Positions 37,961 through 39,721 of a DNA stretch of 39,721 bases are shown in pieces. A model generated the notes under the pieces. The model made no database searches. It was given only the letters and a program-made list of their open reading frames with translations, and was not told the DNA's origin. The DNA lies in sequence record SRR20825019_150, one strand, 5' to 3'. The position numbers and the translations under genes were made by a program. How positions within the stretch are numbered: the first letter of the stretch is position 1; each line of letters begins with the position of its first letter.

Positions 37961-38524
37961 TCAGACAATCTCATTAAGCTCTTCGCGCTGCTCACGGCCC
38001 ACCCGCATCATATGCGCGATGGCAAGCGCCATAAGAGCGGGAATTAGTCCCAGAAGGTCATCACTTCTGATCGATAGCATGAGCACACGCTCCCCCGACG
38101 CATTGCTTGACGTCAGCACAATCACGAGCAGGGTCTGGCTGATCCAGTTAGCGAACGCATGCCACAATAGAAGCTTGCCTGCGCGGATGCAGTAACGCTC
38201 AGACGAGGCATCAAACCAGTTGCCCGATTCTGCGGACCGTATAAGCGGCAACAGAGCACAAAGGGCGGTCGTGAACAAAAGTCCAGGGATAAGAGTAATA
38301 AGAAAACCGAGGATGCGTTGCCACCAAACCAGACCTTCAAAGCCGCCAAACCGTTCTACAAGGACGTTTGTGTTCAGGTAGCTGTAGCTGTTGGGGTCCA
38401 GCCACATCCATAAAATAGGCGCAATTACCACGATGATTGACACATAGATCAACCACCTGAGCGCAACGAGGCTTGGGATTCTTGGGTGTTTGGCAAATTC
38501 GGGGTATTCGGGGATTTTCGGCAT
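37961..38524 (-). CDS. DUF2975-like (YoaS-like) membrane protein
   Basis: Four TM helices, G.WF, and C-terminal IAH.M..G.E.REE..EIV; directly upstream of the YozG-like HTH gene, the usual pairing. Confidence 0.8.
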   Translation of the reverse strand: MPKIPEYPEFAKHPRIPSLVALRWLIYVSIIVVIAPILWMWLDPNSYSYLNTNVLVERFGGFEGLVWWQRILGFLITLIPGLLFTTALCALLPLIRSAESGNWFDASSERYCIRAGKLLLWHAFANWISQTLLVIVLTSSNASGERVLMLSIRSDDLLGLIPALMALAIAHMMRVGREQREELNEIV

Positions 38525-38541
38525 CGGAAATCTCTTGTGGC

Positions 38542-38590
38542 AATTTCTAAAATTATTGTTTTACAGAAATTAATTATCTGATAATGATAT
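38542..38590. promoter_or_regulatory. AT-rich divergent control region with two inverted repeats (candidate XRE operators)
   Basis: AATTTCT (38542-48) / AGAAATT (38565-71) and a perfect ATTATC-T-GATAAT (38573-85). Confidence 0.45.
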
Positions 38591-38618
38591 CGCGACCGCA
38601 ACGAGAAGGAAAGCAAAG

Positions 38619-39311
38619 ATGAAAGGAAGGGTGTCGAACTATATTGTCGTCCTGTCTTTCGTCCTGTCGGTCATCATCGTCACAGTGTCTGGTTTTGCGG
38701 ATGCAGCAGCCACCGAGGGCGATAGCGAGGAACAGGCGAGCCAACCCCAAGGGCCGCTTGTGGTGCCGATTTATCCCGAGTTTCAAAAGGACGATAAAGA
38801 GGAAACACCCAAGCTGCCCGAAGGGGCTGACCTGCGAGACAGCTATATAGTGCTGGAAGATGGTTCTGTTCTATCTGTCGCTGACTGGATTTTGGGGTCG
38901 CTGAACAAGAATAATACCGGCGTGGGTATGAGCGATTACCAGAACAGGCTTTTCCTGGGGCAGGTGGCGCGTGCCATGGCGGGCATGGATGAGAATCTTA
39001 TAACCCGCAATGTGGTCAACACTGGCCCCGCCATTCCTTATACCGAACCCGAGCTTGCGGCGCCCCTTCAGGTTTTGAAGGCACTCAAGAACATACTCTT
39101 CCCTGAAATGCCCAAAAACTGGTCGCCCGCGACGAGTGGAGGAGGGTTCACCCGCAACCGCTGGCAGGAGGGGCATGCTGCCGTTCTCTTTGAGCGCCAG
39201 ATGTCTGATGCGATGGAGAGCAATTCTGGCGACCTTTGGGAATCAGGTACGATGCAGAATATGCTGAATGAGCATATCAAGGCATCTGAAAAGCCTGAGA
39301 AGCCCGAATAG
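38619..39311 (+). CDS. Hypothetical exported protein (230 aa)
   Basis: ATG after GAAGGA; signal-peptide-like N-terminus (MKGR...SGFADA); acidic linker; no recognisable domain. Confidence 0.65.
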   Translation: MKGRVSNYIVVLSFVLSVIIVTVSGFADAAATEGDSEEQASQPQGPLVVPIYPEFQKDDKEETPKLPEGADLRDSYIVLEDGSVLSVADWILGSLNKNNTGVGMSDYQNRLFLGQVARAMAGMDENLITRNVVNTGPAIPYTEPELAAPLQVLKALKNILFPEMPKNWSPATSGGGFTRNRWQEGHAAVLFERQMSDAMESNSGDLWESGTMQNMLNEHIKASEKPEKPE

Positions 39312-39643
39312 GGCCTCAAGCGCTGCGTCTATCTGTCTATATTTGGGGCGGCTTTATATAAAGCCCGACGCACAGGCACCCTTAGATCGTCACTATCTCG
39401 CCTTCTGAATAACGAGCCTCTTCGCGATTCACGCTGTTCTCAGGTTCGAGTCATCCAGTTCGGTGGCAAAAACGACTGATTCAAGACCTCCCGACAGGGT
39501 GATTTGCTGCTTTTGTCTGCTTCAATCAAAAGAGTTACCAAAAGCTTTAGGGATATGAATATATCTGATGAAATATAATTACCTATAGAAACCAATTATT
39601 AACATATTTGGTAAGAAAATGGGGTTTCGGACGGGAAATTGAG

Positions 39644-39721
39644 CTTTTTTAAGAAAAACGCAAAAAAGGTGTTTACAGGGTGTGAAACCACCCCTATAAC
39701 CCGCCTCCACCGACGGGGTGC
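39644..39721 (+). promoter_or_regulatory. Probable rRNA operon (stable RNA) promoter and start of its leader
   Basis: A/T-tracts upstream (UP-like), TTTACA (39672-77), 17 bp, TATAAC (39695-700), then GC-rich discriminator CCGCCTCC. This matches the form of alphaproteobacterial rrn promoters. No rRNA sequence is in the window. Confidence 0.7.

Noticed and set aside
39440..39457. GGTTCGAGTC resembling a tRNA T-loop
   Set aside because: The flanks (CAGG / CATC) do not form a T-stem, and no acceptor or anticodon arms can be built.

Overview
This 39.7-kb window is mostly core chromosome of an alphaproteobacterium. Evidence for that assignment is the two-piece permuted tmRNA, the thyA/folA-hflKC-protease Do-serB/miaA-ilvBNC synteny and the alpha-type rRNA promoter; I cannot confirm the genus. 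It starts exactly at the 3' acceptor end of ssrA (minus strand) and ends in a probable rRNA-operon promoter. In between lie thyA, a CHASE-type sensor kinase, folA, mrp, hflKC, a DegP/DegQ protease, serB, miaA, ilvBNC, leuA, mreBCD-mrdA-rodA, an M20 amidohydrolase, zur, msrA, an MscS channel, a patatin and several other household genes. I found no transposase, integrase, prophage gene or CRISPR array. The most interesting unexplained items are four. (1) A ~250-nt highly structured ilvB 5' leader with a 41-nt palindromic tandem duplication that reads as Leu-Leu-stop uORFs (CTA CTA / CTA TTA) and as Ile-Ile in a 64-aa uORF whose stop overlaps the ilvB start. (2) A leuA leader peptide with a rare-CTA Leu cluster, followed by a 13-bp hairpin with no U-tract and a possible pseudoknot. 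(3) A stand-alone SH3 + ComEC-type metallo-beta-lactamase-fold gene inserted between the protease and serB, with its own promoter. (4) A 726-aa protein made of ~17 non-canonical, mostly 35-aa TPR units downstream of zur, which itself carries a Zur-box-like operator. All functional interpretations of these four are inference from sequence reading only.
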